From positions 6,980 to 70,979 of the forward strand of contig DATJPZ010000123.1 in the NCBI GenBank assembly GCA_035506175.1: a stretch of 64,000 nt of DNA, written 5' to 3'. This document shows, piece after piece, positions 36,380-45,835 of this stretch (its first letter is position 1; every line of letters starts with the position of its first letter). The notes under the pieces are model-generated. The model saw only the letters and a program-made list of their open reading frames with translations. It made no database searches and was not told the DNA's origin. Source of the stretch: Thermoanaerobaculia bacterium. GTDB lineage: Bacteria > Acidobacteriota > Thermoanaerobaculia > UBA5066 > Gp7-AA6. The position numbers and the translations under genes were made by a program.

Positions 36380-37575
36380 CCGGCGACCTCGTCGCTCACG
36401 TCACGGCGTTCGGGCGCGTGCTGCGAGGCCGGGGCCTGCGCGTCTCGCTGGCCGACGGGGCCGACGCCGTGGAGGCGCTGGCGCTCGTGGATCTGGGGGA
36501 TCGGGCCGAGACGAAACGCGCGCTCGTGATCGCGCTCAAGATCCGGCCCCGCGACGCGGCGGTTTTCGACGCGCTCTTCGACGAGTTCTTCGCGCCGGGC
36601 GCGGCCGCGCCCCGCGAGCGTCCGGCGGTCGCCCAGGTGCCGCTGCGCCCGTTCGGCGGCCTGCCGGGGGCGCGCCTCGCCGACGCCGACGTCGAGCGCG
36701 ACGTCGAGGAGGGCGACGCGCCGGGCTACAGTCCCGACGCGTCGCTCCGCGTCAAATCCTTCGAGGCGTGCAGCGCCGCGGAGCTTTCGGCCCTGGAGGC
36801 GGTTCTGCGCCGTCTCGTCCTCCGCGTCGCCACGGCGAAGAGCCGGCGCCTGGTGCCGACGCGCGGGCGCGGCCGCGTCGACCCGCGGCGGAGCTTTCGT
36901 TCGGCCGTGGCGACCGACGGTGAGTTCCTTCGGCTGGCGCGCCGCGCCCGGGCGGTCGAGGAGCCTCGCCTCGTCGTCCTCTGCGACACGAGCGGCTCGA
37001 TGGATCCCCACACGCGCTTTCTCCTCGCCTTCCTGCTGGCGCTGAAGAAGGCGGCGCGGCGGGCGGAGCTCTTCGCGTTCAACACGTCGCTCGTCCGCCT
37101 GACGCCGTGGATCACGCCCGAGAAGCTCAAGCCGACGCTCGAGCGGCTCGCGGCCGCGGTACCCGGCTGGTCCGGCGGGACGCGCATCGGCGGCTGCCTC
37201 GCCGAGTTCGTCCAGCGCTACCGGGACGAGATGGTCGGGTCGAAGACCGTCGTCGTGATCTTCAGCGACGGTCTCGACCGAGGCGACACGGACGACCTCG
37301 CCCGCGCGATGCGGGCGATCCGGAGCCGCGCCCGCCGGGTCGTCTGGCTCAATCCGCTGCTGTCGGATCCGCGGTACGAGCCGACCGCCCGCGGCATGGC
37401 GGCGGCGCTGCCCTTCGTCGACGTTCTCGCCCCGGCTCATAACCTCGAATCCCTGGAGCGGCTCGTGACTCTGGTTTCCAGCGGCCCGCTTCGCGGGCCG
37501 ACGGACGGGAGAGGGAGCGTCGCACGGACGTCCGCTCCCGCGCCTCTGGCGGCGCCGCAGAGCAAAGTGTCCTGA
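36376..37575 (+). CDS. coxE: VWA-domain protein, CoxE-like
   Basis: The GTG start overlaps the coxD stop (GTGA). MIDAS motif [11 protein letters not shown]-terminal WLNPLL is typical of CoxE. Confidence 0.85.
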   Translation: MTGDLVAHVTAFGRVLRGRGLRVSLADGADAVEALALVDLGDRAETKRALVIALKIRPRDAAVFDALFDEFFAPGAAAPRERPAVAQVPLRPFGGLPGARLADADVERDVEEGDAPGYSPDASLRVKSFEACSAAELSALEAVLRRLVLRVATAKSRRLVPTRGRGRVDPRRSFRSAVATDGEFLRLARRARAVEEPRLVVLCDTSGSMDPHTRFLLAFLLALKKAARRAELFAFNTSLVRLTPWITPEKLKPTLERLAAAVPGWSGGTRIGGCLAEFVQRYRDEMVGSKTVVVIFSDGLDRGDTDDLARAMRAIRSRARRVVWLNPLLSDPRYEPTARGMAAALPFVDVLAPAHNLESLERLVTLVSSGPLRGPTDGRGSVARTSAPAPLAAPQSKVS

Positions 37576-37587
37576 AAGGAGGCCTCG

Positions 37588-38460
<873 letters not shown>

Positions 38461-38462
38461 CC

Positions 38463-38939
38463 ATGGCAACGCACAGGATTCGGGTCGCGGTCAACGGAGC
38501 CGCCCACGAAAACGAGGTCGAGTCGCGCCTGCTGCTCGTCCACTACCTGCGCGAGATGCTGCGGCTGACGGGCACCCACATCGGGTGCGACACGACGCAC
38601 TGCGGCGCCTGCACCGTCCTGCTCGACGGGCGGCCGGTCAAGTCCTGCACGGTGCTCGCGGTCCAGGCCGACGGGCGCGACGTGACCACGGTCGAGGGCC
38701 TCGAGAAGGACGGCCAGCTCGATCCGATCCAGGAGGGCTTCTACCAGGAGCACGGTCTTCAGTGCGGGTACTGCACGCCCGGCATGATGATGACGAGCCA
38801 CGCGCTCCTGAAGTCGAACGGGAACCCGAGCGAAGCCGAGATCCGCCAGGCGATCTCCGGGAACCTCTGCCGCTGCACCGGATACGTGAACATCGTCAAA
38901 GCCGTCCAGCACGCGGCCGCCGCCACGCGCGCGCGGTGA
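38463..38939 (+). CDS. coxS: CO dehydrogenase small ([2Fe-2S]) subunit
   Basis: Both cluster motifs are present: [11 protein letters not shown] and CGYCTPG...CRCTGY. Confidence 0.95.
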   Translation: MATHRIRVAVNGAAHENEVESRLLLVHYLREMLRLTGTHIGCDTTHCGACTVLLDGRPVKSCTVLAVQADGRDVTTVEGLEKDGQLDPIQEGFYQEHGLQCGYCTPGMMMTSHALLKSNGNPSEAEIRQAISGNLCRCTGYVNIVKAVQHAAAATRAR

Positions 38940-38961
38940 TTCCGAGAAAAGGAAGAGTCGC

Positions 38962-41343
38962 ATGAGCACCGACACGTCAAAGCCCCGGACGTCGGCCGAG
39001 ATCGGCGGGATGGGCCACTCGGTCAAGCGCAAGGAGGACCCGCGTTTCATTCGCGGCCGCGGGAACTACGTGGACGACATCCAGCTGCCCGGGATGCTCC
39101 ACATGGACATCACGCGGAGCCCTTACGCCCACGCGAAGATCAAGAAGATCGACACCGAGAAGGCGCTGAAGATCCCCGGCGTCCTCGCCGTCATCACGGG
39201 CGCCACGCTCGAGAAGTACAAGCTGCACTGGATGCCGACGCTCATGTCGGACACGCAGATGGTGCTGCCGACGGACCGCGTGATGTACCAGGCGCAGGAG
39301 GTCGCGGCCGTCATCGCGACGGACCGCTACGCCGCGGCCGACGGCGCGGCCGCCGTCGAGGTCGAGTACGAGCCGCTGCCGGTCGTCGTCGACCCGTTCA
39401 AGGCGCTCGAACCGGGGGCGCCCGTGCTGCGCACCGACAAGCCGGGCAAGAAGGACAACCACATCTTCCACTGGGAAGCCGGCGACCGCGCCGCGACGGA
39501 CGAGGCGTTCCGCGAGGCGGACGTCGTGGTCAAGGAGCAGGTCTACATCCCGCGCATCCACGTGGCCTCGATCGAGACGTGCGGCTGCGTGGCCGACTTC
39601 GACCGCGTCAACGGGAAGCTCACCGTCTACATGACGACGCAGGCGCCGCACGCGATCCGGACGGTGTTCGCCCTCGTGGCCGGGCACGTCGGCCTGTCGG
39701 AGGAGAAGATCCGGATCGTCTCGCCGGACATCGGCGGCGGCTTCGGCGGCAAAGTCCCGGTGTACCCCGGGTACGTGATCGCCGTGGCGGCCTCGGTCGT
39801 CATCGGGAAGCCCGTCAAGTGGGTCGAGGACCGGATGGAGAACCTCCAGGCGGACTCCTTCGCCCGCGACTACCACATGACGGCGGAGCTCGCGGCGACG
39901 AAGGACGGCACGATGACGGCGCTGCGGATCAAGACGCTGGCCGATCACGGCTACGCCGACGCGGCGGCGAACCCGTCCAAGTTTCCCGCCGGTCTCTTTT
40001 CGATCTGCACCGGCTCCTACGACCTGAAGCACGCCTTCTGCGAGGTGGACGGGGTGTACACGAACAAGCCGCCGGGAGGCGTGGCGTACCGCTGCTCCTT
40101 CCGGGTGACCGAGGCCGTGCACGCCATCGAACGGATCACGGACCGCCTGGCCCAGGAGCTCGAGATGGACCCGGCCGCCCTGCGGTTGAAGAACTTCATT
40201 CCGAAGGACAAGTTCCCGTACAGGTCGGCGCTCGGCTGGGAGTACGACAGCGGGGACTACGCGGCGGCCCTCGAGAAGGCGATGGACCTCATCGGCTACG
40301 ACGCGCTCCGCCGGGAGCAGGCCGAGAAGCGGAAGAAGGGCGAGCTCATGGGCATCGGCATCTCGAGCTTCACCGAGATCGTCGGCGCCGGCCCGTCCAA
40401 GCACTTCGACATTCTCGGCATCAAGATGTTCGACTCGTGCGAGCTGCGCGTCCATCCGACCGGCAAAGCGATCGCGCGGTTCGGCACGAAGTCGCAGGGC
40501 CAGGGCCACGAGACGACCTACGCGCAGATCATCGCCGAGGAGCTCGGCATCCCGGCCGCCCACGTCGCCGTCGAGGAGGGCGACACCGACACGGCGCCGT
40601 ACGGCCTCGGCACCTACGCCAGCCGTTCGACGCCGACGGCCGGCGCCGCCGGGGCGATCGCGGCGCGCAAGGTGCGCGAGAAGGCGCGCAAGATCGCGGC
40701 GCACCTGCTCGAAGTGTCGCCGGACGACCTCGAGTGGGAGCCGGGGAAGTTCTCGGTCAGGGGCGCGCCGCAGAAGTCGAAGACCATTCAGGAGATCGCC
40801 CTGGCGGCCTACACGAACCATCCGCCGGGAATGGAGGCGGGCCTCGAGGCGGTGGACTACTACGATCCGCCGAACCTCACGTTCCCGTTCGGCAGCTACA
40901 TCGGCGTCGTCGACATCGACCGGGGCACGGGCGAGGTGAAGATTCGCCGGTTCGTCGCGGTGGACGACTGCGGCAACATCATCAACCCCATGATCGTGGA
41001 CGGCCAGATCCACGGCGGCCTGACGATGGGCATGGCGCCGGCGCTCCTCGAGGAGATCAGCTACGACGAGAACGGCAACAACCAGGCGGGCAGCTTCATG
41101 GATTACCTGGTGCCGACCGCCATGGAGACGCCGAAGTGGGAGACCGGCAAGACGATCACGCCCTCGCCGCACCACCCGTTCGGGGCCAAGGGCGTCGGCG
41201 AGTCGGCCACGGTCGGCGCCCCGCCCGCGATCGTCAACGCGGTGGTCGACGCCCTGTCGCACCTCGGGGTCAAGCACATCGACATCCCGATGACGCCGGA
41301 GAAGGTGTGGAAAATCCTCAAGGAGAAGGGCGTCGCGGAGTGA
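38962..41343 (+). CDS. coxL: Aerobic CO dehydrogenase large (molybdopterin) subunit, form I
   Basis: A 793-aa xanthine-oxidase-family large subunit. The active-site loop VAYRCSFR is at 40081-40104. The M-S-L gene order is that of form I. Confidence 0.93.
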   Translation: MSTDTSKPRTSAEIGGMGHSVKRKEDPRFIRGRGNYVDDIQLPGMLHMDITRSPYAHAKIKKIDTEKALKIPGVLAVITGATLEKYKLHWMPTLMSDTQMVLPTDRVMYQAQEVAAVIATDRYAAADGAAAVEVEYEPLPVVVDPFKALEPGAPVLRTDKPGKKDNHIFHWEAGDRAATDEAFREADVVVKEQVYIPRIHVASIETCGCVADFDRVNGKLTVYMTTQAPHAIRTVFALVAGHVGLSEEKIRIVSPDIGGGFGGKVPVYPGYVIAVAASVVIGKPVKWVEDRMENLQADSFARDYHMTAELAATKDGTMTALRIKTLADHGYADAAANPSKFPAGLFSICTGSYDLKHAFCEVDGVYTNKPPGGVAYRCSFRVTEAVHAIERITDRLAQELEMDPAALRLKNFIPKDKFPYRSALGWEYDSGDYAAALEKAMDLIGYDALRREQAEKRKKGELMGIGISSFTEIVGAGPSKHFDILGIKMFDSCELRVHPTGKAIARFGTKSQGQGHETTYAQIIAEELGIPAAHVAVEEGDTDTAPYGLGTYASRSTPTAGAAGAIAARKVREKARKIAAHLLEVSPDDLEWEPGKFSVRGAPQKSKTIQEIALAAYTNHPPGMEAGLEAVDYYDPPNLTFPFGSYIGVVDIDRGTGEVKIRRFVAVDDCGNIINPMIVDGQIHGGLTMGMAPALLEEISYDENGNNQAGSFMDYLVPTAMETPKWETGKTITPSPHHPFGAKGVGESATVGAPPAIVNAVVDALSHLGVKHIDIPMTPEKVWKILKEKGVAE

Positions 41344-41353
41344 CGCACACCCG

Positions 41354-41728
41354 ATGACCCGAGGCGGGCGGTTCGGAGGGGTCGCCGGCGCGGTGGCGGC
41401 GCTGGCGATCCCGCTCCTTCCGAAGTGCCCGGCGTGCGTTCTGCCCCTCGTGGCGGCCGCCGGCGTCGCCCTGCCTCACGGCCCGGCGGTCGAGGCGCTC
41501 GTCGCGGCGGCGGCTCTCGGCTGGCTCGGCGTCGTGCTCGCGACGGCGCGGTGGCGGCTGGTGCGCGGGGCGGCGTGCGCGGCGGTGGGGGCGCTGCTCG
41601 CGGGCCGGGCATTCGCGCTGCCGGCCGTCGCGGCAGCCGGAAGCGCGCTGATGCTCGGCGTGGGCCTGTGGATCGCCCTCCGGCCCCGGCGCTGCCACGG
41701 CGCCGCCGGGCCCGAGCGCGCGGCCTAA
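41354..41728 (+). CDS. Small hydrophobic membrane protein with a CPAC motif
   Basis: 124 aa, about 3-4 predicted helices, with LLPKCPACVLPL in the first helix. It starts 10 nt after coxL. I recognise no family. Confidence 0.5.
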   Translation: MTRGGRFGGVAGAVAALAIPLLPKCPACVLPLVAAAGVALPHGPAVEALVAAAALGWLGVVLATARWRLVRGAACAAVGALLAGRAFALPAVAAAGSALMLGVGLWIALRPRRCHGAAGPERAA

Positions 41729-44067
41729 TCCTTCGCGGCCGACCGGTCCTTGTTGCGGGCGATCTCGAAGGCCTTGCGGTAGCGGCTGTCGCCCCGCAGG
41801 TTGTCGAGGTCGTCGTCGAAGCGCATCGTCCAGGCCTCGTCGAATCCGGCGTCGAGGGCCTTGAAGAGCCAGTCAAACGCGGCGTCTTTCTGGTCGAGCC
41901 GCGCGTAGGTGCAGGCCAGGTTGTACATCGTCGCGGGCTTCCGGTAGCCGAGGTCGAGGGCCTTCTGGAACGGCGCGGCGGCCTCGTCGGCGCGGTCGCC
42001 GGCGAGCAGCGCGAACCCGAGGTTGTACCAGGCGCGGCCGACCTGCGGGTGTTTCTCGGCATAGGCCTGGAAGCGCTGCGCGGCCTCGCGCCACTTCTTG
42101 CGCTCCGAGCGCGAGGTCGAGCCCCACGGCCCGCGGCTGTAGCCGGGCAGGGAGAGCTCTTCCGCGTCCTTCACGATCGTGCGGAAACGGGGGTCGCTCC
42201 GGACGTTGTCGAGGTCGTCGTCGTGCGCGTAGATGTCGGGCTGGTCGAAGCCGGCGTCGAGCGACTTCTGAAGGCTCGCGATCGCCGCGTCCTTCTTGCC
42301 GTCGAGCGAGAGCGCGCAGGCCTGGTTGTAGAGCGACGTGCCGACCCGGTAGCCCTTGTCGGCCGACGTCTGGAAGGCCTGGGCGGCGAGGTCGTAGCGG
42401 TCGACCCGCAGAAGCTCGCGGCCGATGTCGAAATAGCCCTCGCCGCTCTCCGGGGCGCGAGCGACCAGCCGTTCGTAGCGCGCCGCGACGCTCCTTTCTC
42501 TGGCCTTCTCGCCGCTGGACTTCGCCTCGCGGGCCTCCTTCTTCATCTCGGCCCAGCGCGGGTCGTCGTGGAGGTTCTCCAGGTCGTCGTCGCTCTTCAT
42601 GTACCCGGAGACGTCGAAGCCCCACTCCGTCGCCTTGTGGAGCCACTCGAACGCTTTGTCCTTGTTCCCGAGGAGAGCGTAGCCGCAGGCGATGTTGTAG
42701 CTCGCGGCGTCCTCGCGGTACCCGTCGGCGATCGCGTTCTCGAAGGCCTGGATCGCCTGCTCGTACCGGCCCTTGCGGTGCAGGCTCATCCCGCGGTCGT
42801 ACCAGTCGTCGCCGTCGCGGCGGGACTCCTTCTTGTTGGAGGCGAGGACGAACCCCGTCGTCTTCGGAACGTCGCGGGAATCGACCCGCCAGATGGCCGG
42901 AAGGCTCTTGCCCTCGTCGGGCAGGGCCGGCAGGTCTTCGTCGGCCGCATCGGCCGGGGTGTCGGCGGTGGTTTCGTCCACCGCCGTTTCCGTCTTCTCG
43001 GCCCTGTTCACCGCGGTTTTCCGGACCGTGGCGGTGGCCGTGTGCGTGCATGGAGTCCTGGCGGCTCCGGCTGAGCACGGCGCCGCGGCCGGAGCGGCAA
43101 CGGCGCGGGGGCTCGAGAGCGCGATCTGGCGCGGATCGCACGGGCCGACGACCGTCACGACGGCCGTCGCCGCGACGAGGCCGGCCACCGCGAGGCCGCC
43201 GCGGGCGGCGCCGCCCGGAGTGCCCCGCGGATCGAGGATCGCCCGAAGGCGGGCCTCGAACTGGTTCGGGCGGGCGATGGCGAGGGCCGCCGCCGCGGGC
43301 GCGGGCGCGGCGCCGACGGCGCGGAAGATCCCGAGCAGATGCCCCGCGTACACCGACGGCTTCGTGCCGCTGGCGACGACGAGCTCGTCGCACGCCTGTT
43401 CGGCCTCCCGGCGGACGCGGCCGCCGAGCCAGAGGGCGAGCGGGTGAAACCAGTAGACCGCGACCGCGAGCTCCGTGACGAAGAGCGTGGGCCAGTCGGC
43501 GCGCTTGACGTGGGCGAGCTCGTGGAGCAGCACCACGCGCCGCCGCTCGACGGCCCAGAACCGCGCGGCCTGGCCGACGAGAAGGAAGGGCCGGCGCCAG
43601 CCCGAGGTGATCGCGACCGGGACGCCGGGGCTCTCCTTCAGGGCGACCGGGCGCTCGAGACGGAGGCGCTCGGCCGCGGCGTCGCGCTCGGCGATCCACT
43701 CCGCGTCGCGCAGGAGCGTGGCGTCGCGGGCGAGCTCCCGGACGCGGGCCCACCCCACGAACAACCGCGCGGCGACGGCGGCGGCCCCGACGGCCCAGAG
43801 CGCGAGAAGCGGCACGGTCCAGGTCGAGACGGCGGCGCGGGCGCCGGTCGTCAGGCGGGGGATCGCCGGCACGGCGACGCGGGGGAGCAGGAACGAGAGC
43901 AGCGGCAGGGCGAGCGCGGCCGCCAGGCCGGCGACGGCGACGCGATGCCGGGTGGCGGCGCTCGACCGGCGGAGCGCGAAGAGCGCGGCGATCGTCACGA
44001 GGAAGACGACCGTCGAGCGGACGAGGAGGCCGGCGGTGAACGAAACCAGCGGCGCGAAGGAGCCCAT
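41725..44067 (-). CDS. M56 family metallopeptidase (BlaR1/MecR1-like sensor) with a C-terminal TPR repeat array
   Basis: N-terminal transmembrane helices and the HExxH motif LLHELAHVKRADW. The C-terminal half has three ~100-aa TPR modules, each ending in a DDDLxNL..DPR[FWY] motif. There is no penicillin-binding sensor domain. Confidence 0.9.
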   Translation of the reverse strand: MGSFAPLVSFTAGLLVRSTVVFLVTIAALFALRRSSAATRHRVAVAGLAAALALPLLSFLLPRVAVPAIPRLTTGARAAVSTWTVPLLALWAVGAAAVAARLFVGWARVRELARDATLLRDAEWIAERDAAAERLRLERPVALKESPGVPVAITSGWRRPFLLVGQAARFWAVERRRVVLLHELAHVKRADWPTLFVTELAVAVYWFHPLALWLGGRVRREAEQACDELVVASGTKPSVYAGHLLGIFRAVGAAPAPAAAALAIARPNQFEARLRAILDPRGTPGGAARGGLAVAGLVAATAVVTVVGPCDPRQIALSSPRAVAAPAAAPCSAGAARTPCTHTATATVRKTAVNRAEKTETAVDETTADTPADAADEDLPALPDEGKSLPAIWRVDSRDVPKTTGFVLASNKKESRRDGDDWYDRGMSLHRKGRYEQAIQAFENAIADGYREDAASYNIACGYALLGNKDKAFEWLHKATEWGFDVSGYMKSDDDLENLHDDPRWAEMKKEAREAKSSGEKARERSVAARYERLVARAPESGEGYFDIGRELLRVDRYDLAAQAFQTSADKGYRVGTSLYNQACALSLDGKKDAAIASLQKSLDAGFDQPDIYAHDDDLDNVRSDPRFRTIVKDAEELSLPGYSRGPWGSTSRSERKKWREAAQRFQAYAEKHPQVGRAWYNLGFALLAGDRADEAAAPFQKALDLGYRKPATMYNLACTYARLDQKDAAFDWLFKALDAGFDEAWTMRFDDDLDNLRGDSRYRKAFEIARNKDRSAAKD

Positions 44068-44068
44068 G

Positions 44069-44461
44069 TCAGCGTCCCTCCAGTCGGGCCTGCTCGATCA
44101 GGTCGGACAGGCGGTCCAGGTCCGCGTCGGAAAGGTCGGCGCGCGAGAGGTCGAGCAGAGCGGCGACGGCTTTTTCGGTCGAGCCGTCGAAGAAGGTCTC
44201 GAGCACCCCGGCCAGGGCCGGGCGGCCGGCGCGGTCGCGCGTCAGGCGCGGCTCGTAGACGTAGCGGTTGCCGTCGGCGGCGTGGCGGACCTGGCCCTTG
44301 TTCTCCAGGATCCGGAGCAGGGCCCGCACGGCCGAGTAGCCGGGAGGATCCGGCAGGCGCTCGAGGACCTCGCCGGCGGTCGCGCGGCCCTCGCGGTAGA
44401 GGACCTCCATGATCTGGCGCTCGCGCCGCGACAGGCTCGAAAGGGGCTTCCTCGACGACAT
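44069..44461 (-). CDS. BlaI/MecI/CopY family transcriptional repressor
   Basis: Winged-helix region LSRRERQIMEVLYREGRATAGEVLERL...YSAVRALLRILENKG. Its stop is 1 nt from the BlaR1-like start. Confidence 0.9.
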   Translation of the reverse strand: MSSRKPLSSLSRRERQIMEVLYREGRATAGEVLERLPDPPGYSAVRALLRILENKGQVRHAADGNRYVYEPRLTRDRAGRPALAGVLETFFDGSTEKAVAALLDLSRADLSDADLDRLSDLIEQARLEGR

Positions 44462-44493
44462 CGTTCCGCGGCCCTCCTCGTCCCGAATCTTAG

Positions 44494-44526
44494 TGCTAAA
44501 AAATTAGCATGTGCGAATTTTTTAGC
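44494..44526. promoter_or_regulatory. Two GCTAA-N4-TTAGC-type palindromes in the blaI / DUF4097 divergent region (candidate BlaI operators)
   Basis: The boxes are gctaaaaaattagc (44495-44508) and gcgaattttttagc (44513-44526). They lie in an AT-rich patch 30-65 nt upstream of the blaI start. Confidence 0.5.
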
Positions 44527-44691
44527 GTCCTCGGGAATGAGGTACGCGGGGTCCGGCGAAAGGTTTCCCGGAAGGTCTTTCGGGAAGCGCGCGGCGGGTC
44601 CCTTTTCGGAGCCGCCTCCCGCCGGGAACCTTTTCCAGCCACTGGCGTAACCGGGAGTGGTCGGTCCCTTTTCGGGGGCCGGGGAGGATGC

Positions 44692-45777
44692 ATGCGATCG
44701 GTTCCGATACGCCCGGTTCTCGTCCTGGGTCTGGCGCTGGCGGCGACGCCCGGCCTCGTCTCGGCCGAGACCGTCCGGACCGTCCGGGCCGAGCTGACCG
44801 GGGCCGACGCCCGCAACTTCGCCGTCGAAAACCTGCTCGGCACGATGCGGGTCTCGACGGGATCGGGGCCCTCCGTCGAGATCGTCGCGACGGTCCATGC
44901 CGAGACGGCCGAGCTGGCCGACGCCGTCCGGCTCGAGAAGGTGACCGGCGCGCCGGCGGCCTACCGGGTCCGGTACCCCTACGACAAGGTCTCGACTTTC
45001 AAGTACCGGGAGCCGAACGACGGCGAGGACTTCGGCATCTTCGGGTGGTCGTCGTCGAGCTCCTACGACTACGACGGGCATCACGTGAAGGTCAACCACG
45101 GGCGCGGCACGCGTCTTTACGCGGACCTCGACGTCAGGGTGCCGGCCGGGAGCCTCCAGGCCCGATTCGCTTCGGTCCTCGGGTTGATCGACGCCGAGGG
45201 GCTCCAGGGCGAGCTCGAGTTCCGGGTCGCGAGCGCCGACATGCGCCTGCGGCGCCTCGAGGGCCGCCTGACGCTCGAGGGCTCCTCCGGCGACGTGCGG
45301 GCGCGCGACGTCAAGGGGACCTGGAGCTCGGATTTCTCGAGCGGCGACTGCGAGCTCTCGGGGTTCGAAGGCGACGCCCTGACGCTGCACACCACGTCCG
45401 GGGACCTGCGGCTGCGCTCGATCAAGGCGAAACGGGCCGACGTCCAGACGACGTCGGGCGACGTCCGGCTTCTGGACGCGGAGCTCCAGGAGCTCTCGGC
45501 GGAAGCGAGCTCGGGCGACGTCGAGTTCGACTCGATCGGCGCGGCCCTGAAGGACGCCCGGATCCGCACGTCGAGCGGCGACGTGCGGCTGCGCCTGCCG
45601 GAGAGCTCGGCCTTCGACGTCGACGCGGATCAGTCGAGCGGCGACATGGACGTGCGCTTCTCCAACGGCTCCGAGGTCAGCCACCGCGACAGGATCGTCG
45701 GGTACCGCCACGGAACGGGCGGCGCTCACATCCGCGTCCGGACCTCGAGCGGGGATCTGACGGTTTCGCCGAGCTGA
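44692..45777 (+). CDS. DUF4097 family beta-strand-repeat protein (putative adhesin fold), secreted
   Basis: The start was set at the ATG at 44692 (GGGGAGG upstream, signal peptide). The reiterated SSGDV/TSGDL repeats are typical of DUF4097. Confidence 0.85.
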   Translation: MRSVPIRPVLVLGLALAATPGLVSAETVRTVRAELTGADARNFAVENLLGTMRVSTGSGPSVEIVATVHAETAELADAVRLEKVTGAPAAYRVRYPYDKVSTFKYREPNDGEDFGIFGWSSSSSYDYDGHHVKVNHGRGTRLYADLDVRVPAGSLQARFASVLGLIDAEGLQGELEFRVASADMRLRRLEGRLTLEGSSGDVRARDVKGTWSSDFSSGDCELSGFEGDALTLHTTSGDLRLRSIKAKRADVQTTSGDVRLLDAELQELSAEASSGDVEFDSIGAALKDARIRTSSGDVRLRLPESSAFDVDADQSSGDMDVRFSNGSEVSHRDRIVGYRHGTGGAHIRVRTSSGDLTVSPS

Positions 45778-45806
45778 ATGTAGCCTCGGGCTCTATCTTC
45801 TTGGCT

Positions 45807-45835
45807 CTCTTTGAGTTACGATAAGACTCAAAGAG
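45807..45835 (+). promoter_or_regulatory. Perfect 10-bp stem-loop ending at the start codon of the DUF4388 gene
   Basis: The stem is ctctttgagt (45807-45816) paired with actcaaagag (45826-45835), with a 9-nt loop. The 3' arm contains the only purine-rich Shine-Dalgarno-like stretch (aaagag) before the ATG at 45836. Confidence 0.45.

Noticed and set aside
38977-41277. A 766-aa minus-strand ORF and a 592-aa plus-strand ORF (39579-41357) overlapping coxL.
   Set aside because: The coxL frame is unambiguous, being full length with the active-site loop. The alternatives are Arg/Asp/Gly-rich artefacts.
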